A stretch of 38,110 nt of DNA from Deltaproteobacteria bacterium (GCA_016218805.1 JACRCW010000058.1:1-38110); one strand, 5' to 3'; positions 26,246-35,432 are shown, counted from the first letter of the stretch. Notes: generated by a model from the letters alone, not told the origin. Numbers and translations: made by a program.

Positions 26246-26851
26246 ATGCTGGCGGCGCTGCTGATCACGGGGTGGCTGGGCGGGCAGGCGGGCGCGGCGG
26301 GGGATGCCCCGCGGGTGGTGGCGCCGGTGCTGGCGTATGGCGCGCCGGAGGGCGCGGCGCGGGTGGTGGCGTACTTCCCGTTCGGCGGGTCCAAGGAGCT
26401 GCAGCGGGACGAGCGCACCGGGATGTGGCGGGGGCGCGCGCTGTTGGGCGCGGCCGTGCCTGAGGGGAGCTACCCGGTGGCGCTGGTGGTGGAGGCGCAG
26501 GACGGCAGCCGGATGGTGCGGCACGAGCAGCTGCAGGTGCGCGCGGATGGGCAACCGTTCCAGGCGCGCGTGGCCGACGAGGCGGTGGCCCCCGGTGGCG
26601 TGGTGGAACTGGTGGTGGACGCCGTGGAGCCCGCGCTGGCGGTGACCGCGCGCGCCCCCACGCTGTGGACGGGTGCGCGGCCGCTGGGGCCGGCCACGTG
26701 GGGATCACGCACGGACTGGGGGGCGCTGTGGGTGGTGCCCGCCGACGCCGCGGCGGGCGACCACACGGTGGAGGTGAGCGTGACCGACCGCGCCGGCCGC
26801 ACGTTCAGCCGGGGCCTGGTGCTGCGGGTGGTGCGCGCCGAGGCGCGCTGA
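26246..26851 (+). CDS. Secreted protein with two beta-sandwich-like domains
   Basis: Signal peptide. Two similar modules end in VPEGSYPVALVVEAQDG and VPADAAAGDHTVEVSVTDRAG. Confidence 0.75.
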   Translation: MLAALLITGWLGGQAGAAGDAPRVVAPVLAYGAPEGAARVVAYFPFGGSKELQRDERTGMWRGRALLGAAVPEGSYPVALVVEAQDGSRMVRHEQLQVRADGQPFQARVADEAVAPGGVVELVVDAVEPALAVTARAPTLWTGARPLGPATWGSRTDWGALWVVPADAAAGDHTVEVSVTDRAGRTFSRGLVLRVVRAEAR

Positions 26852-26862
26852 AGGAGGATGCC

Positions 26863-27288
26863 ATGAACGAGGAGCTGCTCACGATGAACCCGCCTCACCC
26901 GTCCTCCGCGCCGCCCGACCCGCGGGAGCTGCTGGCGGACCTGGCACATGACCTGGGCAAGTACCTGCGGATGCCGGTGGCCTTCCTGCCCGCCGCCGCG
27001 TCCGACGACGAGGTCCGTGACGCCGCACGCCGCGCGCTGCTGGAGACGCGCGTGACACCGACGGGTACGCGCGGTGCACGGGCGCTGTGGGAGGCGTTCC
27101 TGGCCGAGGGCGGGGACGCGCTGCGGGGCCGGGAGGGGTTTGACGAACTTGAGCGCGCGGTGGCCCGGGCCCTGGCCTGGGAAACCCGCGTGCGGGACGG
27201 AGGGAGCGCACTGGAACGGCCCGCCCTGGTGGCGGACTTCTCCGCGGTCTCCGCCGCCATCCGCGCGCTCAGCCAACGGTTGGACTGA
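26863..27288 (+). CDS. Small helical protein with His-box-like motif (LAHDLGKY)
   Basis: RBS AAGGAGG and ATG at 26863. DLAHDLGKYLRMP resembles a HisKA H-box; the rest is helical. Confidence 0.75.
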   Translation: MNEELLTMNPPHPSSAPPDPRELLADLAHDLGKYLRMPVAFLPAAASDDEVRDAARRALLETRVTPTGTRGARALWEAFLAEGGDALRGREGFDELERAVARALAWETRVRDGGSALERPALVADFSAVSAAIRALSQRLD

Positions 27289-27392
27289 CGGGACGCTCCA
27301 TCGCGCCCCGGGAAAAGGAACGCGCTATGGTTTCCATGCACGCCCCCATGACGGGGGCGGTGGCTGAGCTGCCGCCTCTGCAGGTTCCCCGG

Positions 27393-29105
27393 ATGAGCAA
27401 GCGCAAGCCCAACATCCTCGTCGTTGACGACGGGCTGACCTACGCGCGGGTGGTGGCGGACCATCTGCCGGAGCTGCGGCTGGTGACCCCGGACGGGCAG
27501 CCCTGCCTGCGGGATGGTCCCTCCGCGCTGGCGTGGCTGGACCGCCACGTGGATGAAGTGGACCTGGTGCTGCTGGACATGCACTTTGACGTGCCCGACG
27601 AGAAGCTGCTGCCGCTGCCCAATGAGCCCAGCCTGCGGCGCCAGAAGCGCTTCCAGGGCGTGGCCATTCTCCGGGAAATCCGGCACCGCCACCCCGCGCT
27701 GCCCGTGGTGCTGCTGACGGCGGAGCAGGACCTGTCCCTGGTGGACGTGGACGGCCAGCTGGCTGCGCAGTCCATGACCTACGTGCTGGACGGCGAAGAC
27801 CTGGACACCCTGCGCATCCGCATCAACGCGGCGCTGCAGGAGGCGTCCCAGGGCCTGGAGGAGGATGACCTGCTGTGGGGCGGGCACCGCGCCATGGCGG
27901 CCATCCGGCGCCGGCTGGAGGTGCTGTCCCGCGGGAGCATGCCCGTCATCATTGAGGGCGAAACCGGTACCGGGAAGAGTTTCCTGGCCGAGCGCTACCT
28001 GCACCGCAAGAGCGGGCGGAAGGGCGCGTTCGTGACGCTGGACCTGTCCGCGGTGCCCACTGAGCTTGTCGCCAGCCACCTGTTCGGCGCGCTGCGCGGG
28101 TCGTTCACCGGCGCGGTGGCGGACCGCAAGGGCGTGTTTGAGCTGGCCCACCACGGCACGCTGTTCATTGACGAGATCCAGAACGTCCCCATTGAGGTGC
28201 AGAAGCAGCTGCTGGTGGTGCTACAGGAACGCAAGGTGCGCCCCATCGGCGCGGCGCGCGAGATCGACGTTGACGTGAAGGTGGTGGCCGCGTCCAACCA
28301 GCCGCTGGCGCTGGCCGTGGCGGAAGGCCGCTTCCGGCAGGACCTGTACATGCGGCTGGGGCCGGCCACGCGCGTGGTCATCCCGCCGCTGCGGGAGCGG
28401 CTGGGGGACTTGCCGTTCTTTGCGCGGCGCATTGTGACGCGGGCGGCGGAGGACCCGGAGAACGCGCCGCTCAAGGCGGAAGTGGCCCGCGCCGCGGGGC
28501 TCACCAGTGAGGCGCCCATGCACGTGCTGCTGGGCCGGTCCGACACGCCGCCCCCGTCCCACGCGCTGGCGCTGGTCCTGCCGGAGCCCGCCTGGAAGGT
28601 GCTGTCCGCGCACCGCTGGCCCGGCAACATGCGCGAGCTGCACTCGGTGATGCACCACCTGGTGGCGTTCACGCTGGTGGCCGCCGCGGACGCGCTGCGC
28701 AGCGGGATGCCGCTGAAGAACCCGCGCCTGCAGGTGGACGTCGGGCTGGTGGGTGAGCTGCTGTCCGCCTCCCAGGCGCTCAACGCGCCCCGCGCCGCGG
28801 CGCCAGCTTCCCCGGCGGCCCCCGCCCCCGCGCCGGTGCACTCGCAGGTGCGCGGGGTGACGCCGCTGCCCGCGGTGGACACGGACGCGCGCGACACCTT
28901 CCTGGTCAAGGTGCGCCCGCTGGGCAGCCTCAACGCCGTCGCCGTGGACGTGGAGCGGCAATACTTCTTTGCGTTGTACAAGCGGTTTGGCGGCGACTTT
29001 GCCCGGATGGCGGAGGTGCTGCTGGGTGACCCGGCCAAGGAGCGCGCCATCCGGCTGCGGTTCAACCAGATGGGCCTGAAGGTGCGGGAACTGCGGGGAC
29101 GATGA
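27393..29105 (+). CDS. Sigma54-dependent response regulator (receiver + AAA+ + atypical HTH)
   Basis: Receiver motifs ILVVDD and LVLLDM. Walker A GETGTGKS, GSFTGA loop, Walker B FIDEI, RFRQDLYMRL, WPGNMREL. Alternative starts at 27327-27348. Confidence 0.92.
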   Translation: MSKRKPNILVVDDGLTYARVVADHLPELRLVTPDGQPCLRDGPSALAWLDRHVDEVDLVLLDMHFDVPDEKLLPLPNEPSLRRQKRFQGVAILREIRHRHPALPVVLLTAEQDLSLVDVDGQLAAQSMTYVLDGEDLDTLRIRINAALQEASQGLEEDDLLWGGHRAMAAIRRRLEVLSRGSMPVIIEGETGTGKSFLAERYLHRKSGRKGAFVTLDLSAVPTELVASHLFGALRGSFTGAVADRKGVFELAHHGTLFIDEIQNVPIEVQKQLLVVLQERKVRPIGAAREIDVDVKVVAASNQPLALAVAEGRFRQDLYMRLGPATRVVIPPLRERLGDLPFFARRIVTRAAEDPENAPLKAEVARAAGLTSEAPMHVLLGRSDTPPPSHALALVLPEPAWKVLSAHRWPGNMRELHSVMHHLVAFTLVAAADALRSGMPLKNPRLQVDVGLVGELLSASQALNAPRAAAPASPAAPAPAPVHSQVRGVTPLPAVDTDARDTFLVKVRPLGSLNAVAVDVERQYFFALYKRFGGDFARMAEVLLGDPAKERAIRLRFNQMGLKVRELRGR

Positions 29106-31918
29106 ACGCGTGCCTGCTCGCCCTCAGTGCCTGGCTGGCCGGCCAGTCCCCACCTGCCGACGCGGGCGCGGCCGACGGCGCCGTCCCCGCCGGTGAGATG
29201 GCGGCGCTGCTGCAGCAGACGCTGCAGAAGCTGGCGCAGAAGAACACGGAGGACGGGCTGGCCAACTTCCGCGCGGGCAACCTTCCCGCCGCGCTGGAGC
29301 AGCTGCGGCAGGCGCGCGAACTGGACCCCGAGTCTCCGGACGTGCTGCTGCACCTGGGAAACGTGCACCAGGCGCTGGGCAACACCGACGCGGCGGAACA
29401 GTCCTGGCGTGCTGCGCTGGTGCTGGCCCCCGATCACCAGGCCGCGCGCCTGGCCCTGGCGGACCTGCTGGCGGCGCGGCATGACCCGCGGGGTTTTGCG
29501 GAGGCGCAGGCGCTGCTGCAGCGCGTGCGTGAACTGCGCGGCAATGACCCGGACGTGGTCCTGCGGCAGGCACGCGTGGCCGCCCGCGCCGGGCGCGTGG
29601 ATGACGCGGAGCGTTTCTATGACGACGTCATTCGCCTGGGCCGCACCCCACCGGAGACGCGCATGGAGGTCGCTGACTTCCTGCAGGGCATGGGGCGCGA
29701 CCGCGACGCGCGCGCGCTCTACGAGCAGCTGCGCAACGAATCCGCATGGAGCCGCCGCGCCGCCGAGCGGCTGCGCCAGGTGGCGGTGGAGGAACAGGCG
29801 CGCCGCCTTGGGTGGTCGCGCCCGTCGGGCGAAGTGCCCGCCCCGGCTCAGGCGCTGCTGGCGCGTGCGCGCTCCGCGGCGGCGCAGCAACGGCGCGCGG
29901 AGGCGGAGGAGGCGCTGCGCGAGTGCCTGCGCATGGCGCCGCAGTTCACCGACGCGCGCCTGGATCTGGCGGGGCTGCACCAGGCGGCTGGCCGCATGGG
30001 GGATGCGGAGCTGGAGCTGTTGCGCGCGCTCGCATTTGACCAGCGCAACGCGGAGGTGCACGCGCGCCTGGGGCTGATGCTGCTGGACGCGGAGTCCCCG
30101 CGCGCACCGGAGGCCGCGCTGTACCTGTCCCGCGCGCTGCTGCTGCGCCCTGAGCGCAGCGAGTGGAACCTGGCGCTGGCGCGCGCCCTGCGCCTGGGCG
30201 GGGACTTCCGTGGTGCGCTGGCGCGCGTGGACGCGTTCCTCCAGGGCGACGGGACCGAGGAGGCCCGGCGCGAAGCGCTGTCCCTCAAGCTGGCCCTGCA
30301 GCGCCTGCTCCCCACGGACAGCCCGGACCCCACTGACGTGCCGCGGGCCACCGGGACCGACACGGCACTGGTGGACCGCCTGGGCCGCGCGCGCGCCTAC
30401 CTGTCGCGCGGGGAGACGGACGCGGCGCTGGCGGAACTGCGCGAGGTGGGCGGTACCGACCGCGACGCCGAGGTGCGCGGCCTGGAGGGGCGGATCCTGA
30501 TGGCCGCCGGCCGGCAGAGCGAGGCCGCCGCGGCGTTCCGCGCGTCACTGGCGGTGCACGCCGCGCAGCCGGACATCCATGAGCAGCTGGGGCTGGTCCT
30601 CTCCCGCCTGGGCGAGGAGGCCGCGGCACGCGCCGAACTGGAGCGCGCGGAAGCCACCGGCGCACCGGAGGCGACCTATCACCTGGCCCGCTTGGCCCTG
30701 GAGCGCGCCCAGCGCAAGCCGCTGGCGTGGACGGTGCGCCTGCACGCCGCCTGGCGCGCGCGCGCAAGGCTGGATCACTTCCTCACCGCGGCGCCCCCGG
30801 GCGCCCTGCGCAGCGACGCCTGGGCCATGCGCGACTCTGTCGACCGGCTCCTCGCCACGCTGCTGCTGCCGGGCGCCGCGGCGCTGGCCCTGCTGCTGGC
30901 CCTGCTGGCGGTGGCGATGGAACGGCGGTTTGGCGGCACGGATCTGCGCGGCCTGCTCACGCGCCATCCCGAGGTGGGGCCGGCGGTGCAGCGCATCCTG
31001 GCTGCCATCCGCCACGAGGTGCTCAAGCACAACACGCTGGTGCTGTCCGGCGTGGTGGACGCGCTGGAGCGCGGGGATGACGTGTCCGCCCACGCCGCGC
31101 ATCTGCGCTCCACGCTGCTGGAGGGCGGCAGCGGTCCCGCCGTGCTGGACCGCCTGCACGGCTACGAGCTGGAGCTGGCCTCCCTGGGCCGCGCCCACGG
31201 CGTGCGCCTCAACCTGCACCACCGGGACCGCGCGCTGTCCGCGCTGCACCGCGGCTTCACGCTGCTGCGCCGGGTGGAAGCGCGCCTGTCCCGCGCCGCG
31301 TCGCTGGGACGCCTGCGCCGCCGCCTGCTGCTGGGGGACGTGCGCCGTGCCACCGCCCTGCTCAACGCGGACGCGTACGAGGCCGTCCGCGCGCTGCTGG
31401 ACGAGCTGCGGGTGCTGCGGGTGGACGAGGCCTTCCTCCGCTCGGTGTACGCCCGCGTGTCCCGCGAGCCGGCGTTCCGCCCGGCGCAGCTGCGGCCGCT
31501 GGCGCTGGACGCGCGCGTGCCGCTGCCGGTTGGCGTGGGCATCCCCCGCGCGGCGCTGGAGGACGCGCTGTTCAACCTGCTGCGCAATGCCCTGCAGGCC
31601 TCCCTGCGCGAGGGCCTCTCACCCGTGGAGGTGGGCCTGGGCGTGGACCTGCAGGTGGACGCGGTCACCGGCCTGGAGCGCGTGGTGTTCAGCGTGCGTG
31701 ACCGCGCACGCGCGCGGCTGGACCCTGACACGCTGGCGCGGCAGCGCATCACCGGCGGGCTGGGCCTGGTGCGGGACGTGGCCGGCCGCTACGAGGGCTC
31801 CGTGGACGTGACCGGACCGCACGACGGGTGGCAGAAAGCGGTGGTGCTCAAGCTGCCGCGCGAAGAGTTGCCCGGCGCCGCCCCGGCGCACGGCCCACCG
31901 CTGCTGGAGGCCGGTTGA
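29102..31918 (+). CDS. TPR-repeat membrane sensor with divergent histidine kinase core
   Basis: Signal peptide, many TPRs and a TM helix (LLLPGAAALALLLALLAVAM). H-box-like IRHEVLKHN, N-box LFNLLRNALQA, VRD and GGLGL. ATGA overlap with the upstream gene. Confidence 0.85.
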   Translation: MNACLLALSAWLAGQSPPADAGAADGAVPAGEMAALLQQTLQKLAQKNTEDGLANFRAGNLPAALEQLRQARELDPESPDVLLHLGNVHQALGNTDAAEQSWRAALVLAPDHQAARLALADLLAARHDPRGFAEAQALLQRVRELRGNDPDVVLRQARVAARAGRVDDAERFYDDVIRLGRTPPETRMEVADFLQGMGRDRDARALYEQLRNESAWSRRAAERLRQVAVEEQARRLGWSRPSGEVPAPAQALLARARSAAAQQRRAEAEEALRECLRMAPQFTDARLDLAGLHQAAGRMGDAELELLRALAFDQRNAEVHARLGLMLLDAESPRAPEAALYLSRALLLRPERSEWNLALARALRLGGDFRGALARVDAFLQGDGTEEARREALSLKLALQRLLPTDSPDPTDVPRATGTDTALVDRLGRARAYLSRGETDAALAELREVGGTDRDAEVRGLEGRILMAAGRQSEAAAAFRASLAVHAAQPDIHEQLGLVLSRLGEEAAARAELERAEATGAPEATYHLARLALERAQRKPLAWTVRLHAAWRARARLDHFLTAAPPGALRSDAWAMRDSVDRLLATLLLPGAAALALLLALLAVAMERRFGGTDLRGLLTRHPEVGPAVQRILAAIRHEVLKHNTLVLSGVVDALERGDDVSAHAAHLRSTLLEGGSGPAVLDRLHGYELELASLGRAHGVRLNLHHRDRALSALHRGFTLLRRVEARLSRAASLGRLRRRLLLGDVRRATALLNADAYEAVRALLDELRVLRVDEAFLRSVYARVSREPAFRPAQLRPLALDARVPLPVGVGIPRAALEDALFNLLRNALQASLREGLSPVEVGLGVDLQVDAVTGLERVVFSVRDRARARLDPDTLARQRITGGLGLVRDVAGRYEGSVDVTGPHDGWQKAVVLKLPREELPGAAPAHGPPLLEAG

Positions 31919-32382
31919 CCACGCTGCACGGCCGCACGGTGCTCATCGTCGAAGACGGTGACGAGTACCTGCACAACCTGGCGCGGTTTGTCCCCGGGCC
32001 GCGCTACCTGCAGGCCCATGACGGCCGCGAGGCCTGCGCGTTGCTGGCCCGCGAGCCCGTGGCGCTGGTGTACCTGGACATGCGCTTTGACCGCGTGCCG
32101 CTGGAGAGCCTGCTGGGGGACCACGCCGCCGCCACCCGCGAGCAGAACGGGGACCCGGCGCGCGGCTGGAAGTACCTGCAGAACAACCAGGGCCTGTTTG
32201 TGCTGGACGCCATCCGGCGCGCGGGCTTTGCCCAGGTGCCGGTCATCCTGGCGTATGACTTCTCACGCGAAGAGAAACGCCTCGCGCACCTGCGGCGGGC
32301 GAACCCGCGGCTCAACTGGGTCCCTGACGCGGTCACACCCGCGGAGATCACCGCGCTGATGGAGAAGGTGCTGGCGGCGTGA
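31915..32382 (+). CDS. Single-domain atypical response regulator
   Basis: TTG start overlapping the upstream TGA. Motifs VLIVEDGD, LVYLDMRFD, QGLFVLDAIR, VPVIL. Confidence 0.82.
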   Translation: MTTLHGRTVLIVEDGDEYLHNLARFVPGPRYLQAHDGREACALLAREPVALVYLDMRFDRVPLESLLGDHAAATREQNGDPARGWKYLQNNQGLFVLDAIRRAGFAQVPVILAYDFSREEKRLAHLRRANPRLNWVPDAVTPAEITALMEKVLAA

Positions 32383-32388
32383 ATCCGG

Positions 32389-33246
32389 TCACGCCTTGGC
32401 CGCGCGCTCCGCCGCCTTGGCCCGGTCCCACAGCGCGTTGAGTTCGTCCATGGTGCACTGCTCCGGCGTGCGCCCCTGCGAGCGCAGCGCATCCTCCATG
32501 AACATGAACCGCCGTGTGAACCGCTCAATGGTGAGGCGCAGCGCGTCCTCGGCGGACTGCTGCAGCAGCCGCGCCAGCTGCACCGTGGCGAACAACAGGT
32601 CCCCCAGCTCGTGGCGCACCTCGTCGGCCACGCCCGCCGCCATGGCCTGCTCCAGCTCGGCCAGCTCTTCGCGCACCTTGGCAATCACCTGGTGCGCGTC
32701 TTTCCAGTCAAACCCCACGCGCGCGGCCTTCTCCCCCACGCGCTGGGCGCGCAGCAGCGCGGGCAGCGCGGGCGGCACGCCGGACAGGATGCTGGCCCCG
32801 CCCCGCTCCGCGCGCTTGAGCTGCTCCCACTTGTTGAGCACGCCCGCCGCCGTGGTGGGGTGCATGCCCTCACGCGCCGCGTCCGCGCCAAACACGTGCG
32901 GATGGCGCCGCACCAGCTTGTCCCGGATGCCGCGGCACACCTCCGCCGCGTTGAACCCATCCTCCTGCTCGCTGGCCACGCGCGCGTGGAACACCACCTG
33001 GAACAACAGGTCCCCCAGCTCTTCGCGGTGCGCCGCCACGTCACCTGCGTCCATGGCGTGGAGCACCTCATAGGTCTCCTCCAGCAGGTACGGCTTGAGC
33101 GTCTCATGCGTCTGCACCCGGTCCCACGGGCAGCCCGTACGCAGGCGGTCCATCACCCGGCACAGTTCCTCAAACGCCTCCCCCGCCTCGCCCGGCGCGG
33201 CCGCGCCCGGTGCGGGTTGACTGGCCACGGACGTCATGGGGCTCAC
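32389..33246 (-). CDS. mazG: Nucleoside triphosphate pyrophosphohydrolase MazG
   Basis: Motifs GCPWDRVQTHETLKPYLLEETYE, EELGDLLFQVVFH, KLVRRHPHVF, GFDW, ELGDLLF, RFTRRF. Start at 33246 (GTGA overlap) or 33237. Confidence 0.95.
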   Translation of the reverse strand: MSPMTSVASQPAPGAAAPGEAGEAFEELCRVMDRLRTGCPWDRVQTHETLKPYLLEETYEVLHAMDAGDVAAHREELGDLLFQVVFHARVASEQEDGFNAAEVCRGIRDKLVRRHPHVFGADAAREGMHPTTAAGVLNKWEQLKRAERGGASILSGVPPALPALLRAQRVGEKAARVGFDWKDAHQVIAKVREELAELEQAMAAGVADEVRHELGDLLFATVQLARLLQQSAEDALRLTIERFTRRFMFMEDALRSQGRTPEQCTMDELNALWDRAKAAERAAKA

Positions 33247-34721
33247 AACTCCTCGGCAATGATCCGCGCCACCACCTGCTCCACCTTCTCGCGGTGGTCC
33301 GCATCATCAAACAGGAACTGCAGGCCAAAGCCCGCCTCCGGCCCGTCACGGTGCCAGGTCACGCGCCCGCGCACGTCCACACCGCTGCGCATCCCGCTGT
33401 GCGGCTTGAGGGAGACGTTCACCTCGTCACCCACGGGGATGAGCTCGTGGGAGAGAATGAACAGGCCGCCTTCACTGATGTCATCCACGTGGTCCTTGCG
33501 GGACTTCTGCTGGTGCTGGACCTTCACGGTCAGCCCGGCACGCACGCGGCTGTGCACGCGGTCCTGCGCGGAGCGCTCCCGGCCGTGGGCCTGCGCCAGC
33601 AGCCGTTCCACGGCAGGCTTCTCCGCCGCCAGGAACTCCACGCCGGTGCCGGCCTTGAGCTGACCCGCCCCGCGCCGGCGCTTCCACGCCACCTTGCCCT
33701 TGATCTCCACGGTCCGAGGGGTGCCGCCGCCGCCGTCCTCAAACCGCAGCACCAGCGTCACGGGCTGGCCCAGGTCCGCCTCCAGCTGGCTGGACACCAG
33801 GTAGCCACCGGCGTCGCCGTGGGGGAAGTACCCGGTCAGGAAGGACGCGGCCTTGGCCAGCGGCACCTCGGTGCGCGGCGGGCCGCCGGTGGGCGGGACG
33901 GACGCGCGGGTCTCCATCCCGGTGGAGCTTTGCCGGCGCGGCGGCGGCTCCGAGGCCGGGCGCTTGGAGTCGTAAACCCGCTCGGAGACCTTCTGCGTGG
34001 TGAAGTAGGTGGACCCGCCGGCGGGCGCGCTGGGCTGGAAGGGCAGCGGCGTGCGCTCCTCCTTGAAGGACTTGCCAGCCCAACCGGCAGGCGGGCCGGA
34101 CGGCGTGGCGGTGCTGGGTGCGCCCGCCGCGGGAAACGGTGGAACGGTGGGCGTGCGCGCGGGCGGCGGCGGCACCGGCGGCAGCGACGGGGACGACCCG
34201 GTGGGCGCACTCACCGCCGGTGGGGGCCGAGGCTCCGCCCGCGCGGCCAGCGGCGGGTCGGAGGTGGGAATCAGGTCCGCCCACTCCAGGCCGCCGCCGC
34301 CACTGCGCGCCGCCACCACCGGCGGCGGGGGCGCAGGCGCGTCCGGCGTGGGCAGCGGCGTGGCGGCGGCAAACGCCGTCGCCGCCGTCGCCGCGGGGGT
34401 CTCCACGTGATCCGTGGTGGGCGCCTCCTTGGGCGTGTTGCCCAGCAGCGTGCGGATCTTGTCGTCGTGCGCACCCGCTTTCAGCTCGCGCAGCACCGCC
34501 TTGTGCTGCGCCTGCATGAGGTCCTTGATGAACTCCGGGCCGGAGGTTGGGTCGTAGTTGAGCTTCTTGGTGGCGAGGATGGTGCCCGCGTGGAACAGGT
34601 GCGTGATGAGGTGCGCCTTGTCCACGCCGGAATCCTCCGTCTGGAGGTGGAACTCCCACCCCAGATGCAGGATGTTGTGGTTGTAGCCAACCACGGGCGA
34701 ACGGCGCTGCTCGGTCACCAC
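33243..34721 (-). CDS. Tandem PilZ-domain (TIGR02266-like) protein with conserved N-terminal domain and Pro-rich linker
   Basis: N-terminal GYNHN...HLQTEDSG...ITHLF..GTILA.KK..Y...LMQAQHK. First PilZ is degenerate (GKVAW...GVEF); second has RVHSR and DISEGG. Start inferred at GTG 34721 or 34718. Confidence 0.85.
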   Translation of the reverse strand: MVTEQRRSPVVGYNHNILHLGWEFHLQTEDSGVDKAHLITHLFHAGTILATKKLNYDPTSGPEFIKDLMQAQHKAVLRELKAGAHDDKIRTLLGNTPKEAPTTDHVETPAATAATAFAAATPLPTPDAPAPPPPVVAARSGGGGLEWADLIPTSDPPLAARAEPRPPPAVSAPTGSSPSLPPVPPPPARTPTVPPFPAAGAPSTATPSGPPAGWAGKSFKEERTPLPFQPSAPAGGSTYFTTQKVSERVYDSKRPASEPPPRRQSSTGMETRASVPPTGGPPRTEVPLAKAASFLTGYFPHGDAGGYLVSSQLEADLGQPVTLVLRFEDGGGGTPRTVEIKGKVAWKRRRGAGQLKAGTGVEFLAAEKPAVERLLAQAHGRERSAQDRVHSRVRAGLTVKVQHQQKSRKDHVDDISEGGLFILSHELIPVGDEVNVSLKPHSGMRSGVDVRGRVTWHRDGPEAGFGLQFLFDDADHREKVEQVVARIIAEEL

Positions 34722-34814
34722 GATGGCTTTGTCCCCGGAGGGGTTTCTCCCCGTGAAATCCGAGTCAAAGCCCGGCGCGCGGCCGGTTGTCAAACCCCGG
34801 GTCTACCGGGCGCG

Positions 34815-35345
34815 TCACGGCGAGGCGGGCGCGGCCGGGGCCTGCACCGGGAGCGGCTCGCCGCGGACGGCGGTGAGCTCCGCGCCAAACAGCTTCTCCG
34901 GCGGTGGACCGTTCTGCCTGGCGTGGCAGTCATTGCAGGACTGTGCCAGCCCGCGGACCCGGTCCACGGCGTCCGGCGCACCCGCGCGCACGGCGGCGGC
35001 GGCGGCGTCCGCGCTGGTGCGCAGCGCCACCACGTTGTCCGCCGGCACCTTGTGTTCCACGCGGCTGTGCTGCAGTTCCTCGGAGAAGTCTGCAATGACC
35101 AGCAGGTTGGCCAGCGTGCGCTCCGTGTCCCGGCGCGCCAGCGCGTCATTGGCCCGCCGGTAGTGGGTCATGAACTCGCGCATCTGCGCGGTGATGGCGT
35201 CACGCACCTGGCCCTCCTCCTTGCGCGCGGAGGACATGGCGGGCGGGTCCGGCGCCATCTTCATGCTCCACAGCCCGAACAGCCCCCCCACCACGGCCAG
35301 CACCAGGCCTCCGCCCGTCAACATCGCCCGCAGCTCCGAGTTCAT
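34815..35345 (-). CDS. Membrane-anchored monoheme cytochrome c (class II / c'-like)
   Basis: RBS GGGAGG, N-terminal TM helix, helical body and a single CNDCH heme motif near the C-terminus. Confidence 0.75.
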   Translation of the reverse strand: MNSELRAMLTGGGLVLAVVGGLFGLWSMKMAPDPPAMSSARKEEGQVRDAITAQMREFMTHYRRANDALARRDTERTLANLLVIADFSEELQHSRVEHKVPADNVVALRTSADAAAAAVRAGAPDAVDRVRGLAQSCNDCHARQNGPPPEKLFGAELTAVRGEPLPVQAPAAPASP

Positions 35346-35432
35346 GGCCACCTCCCTGTCGCGGGCGCGTTGTGCACGCCGCGCGCCCGGGGAGATCCCT
35401 GTTAATGCAGGTATTCCAGCGCCCGTCCGGCG

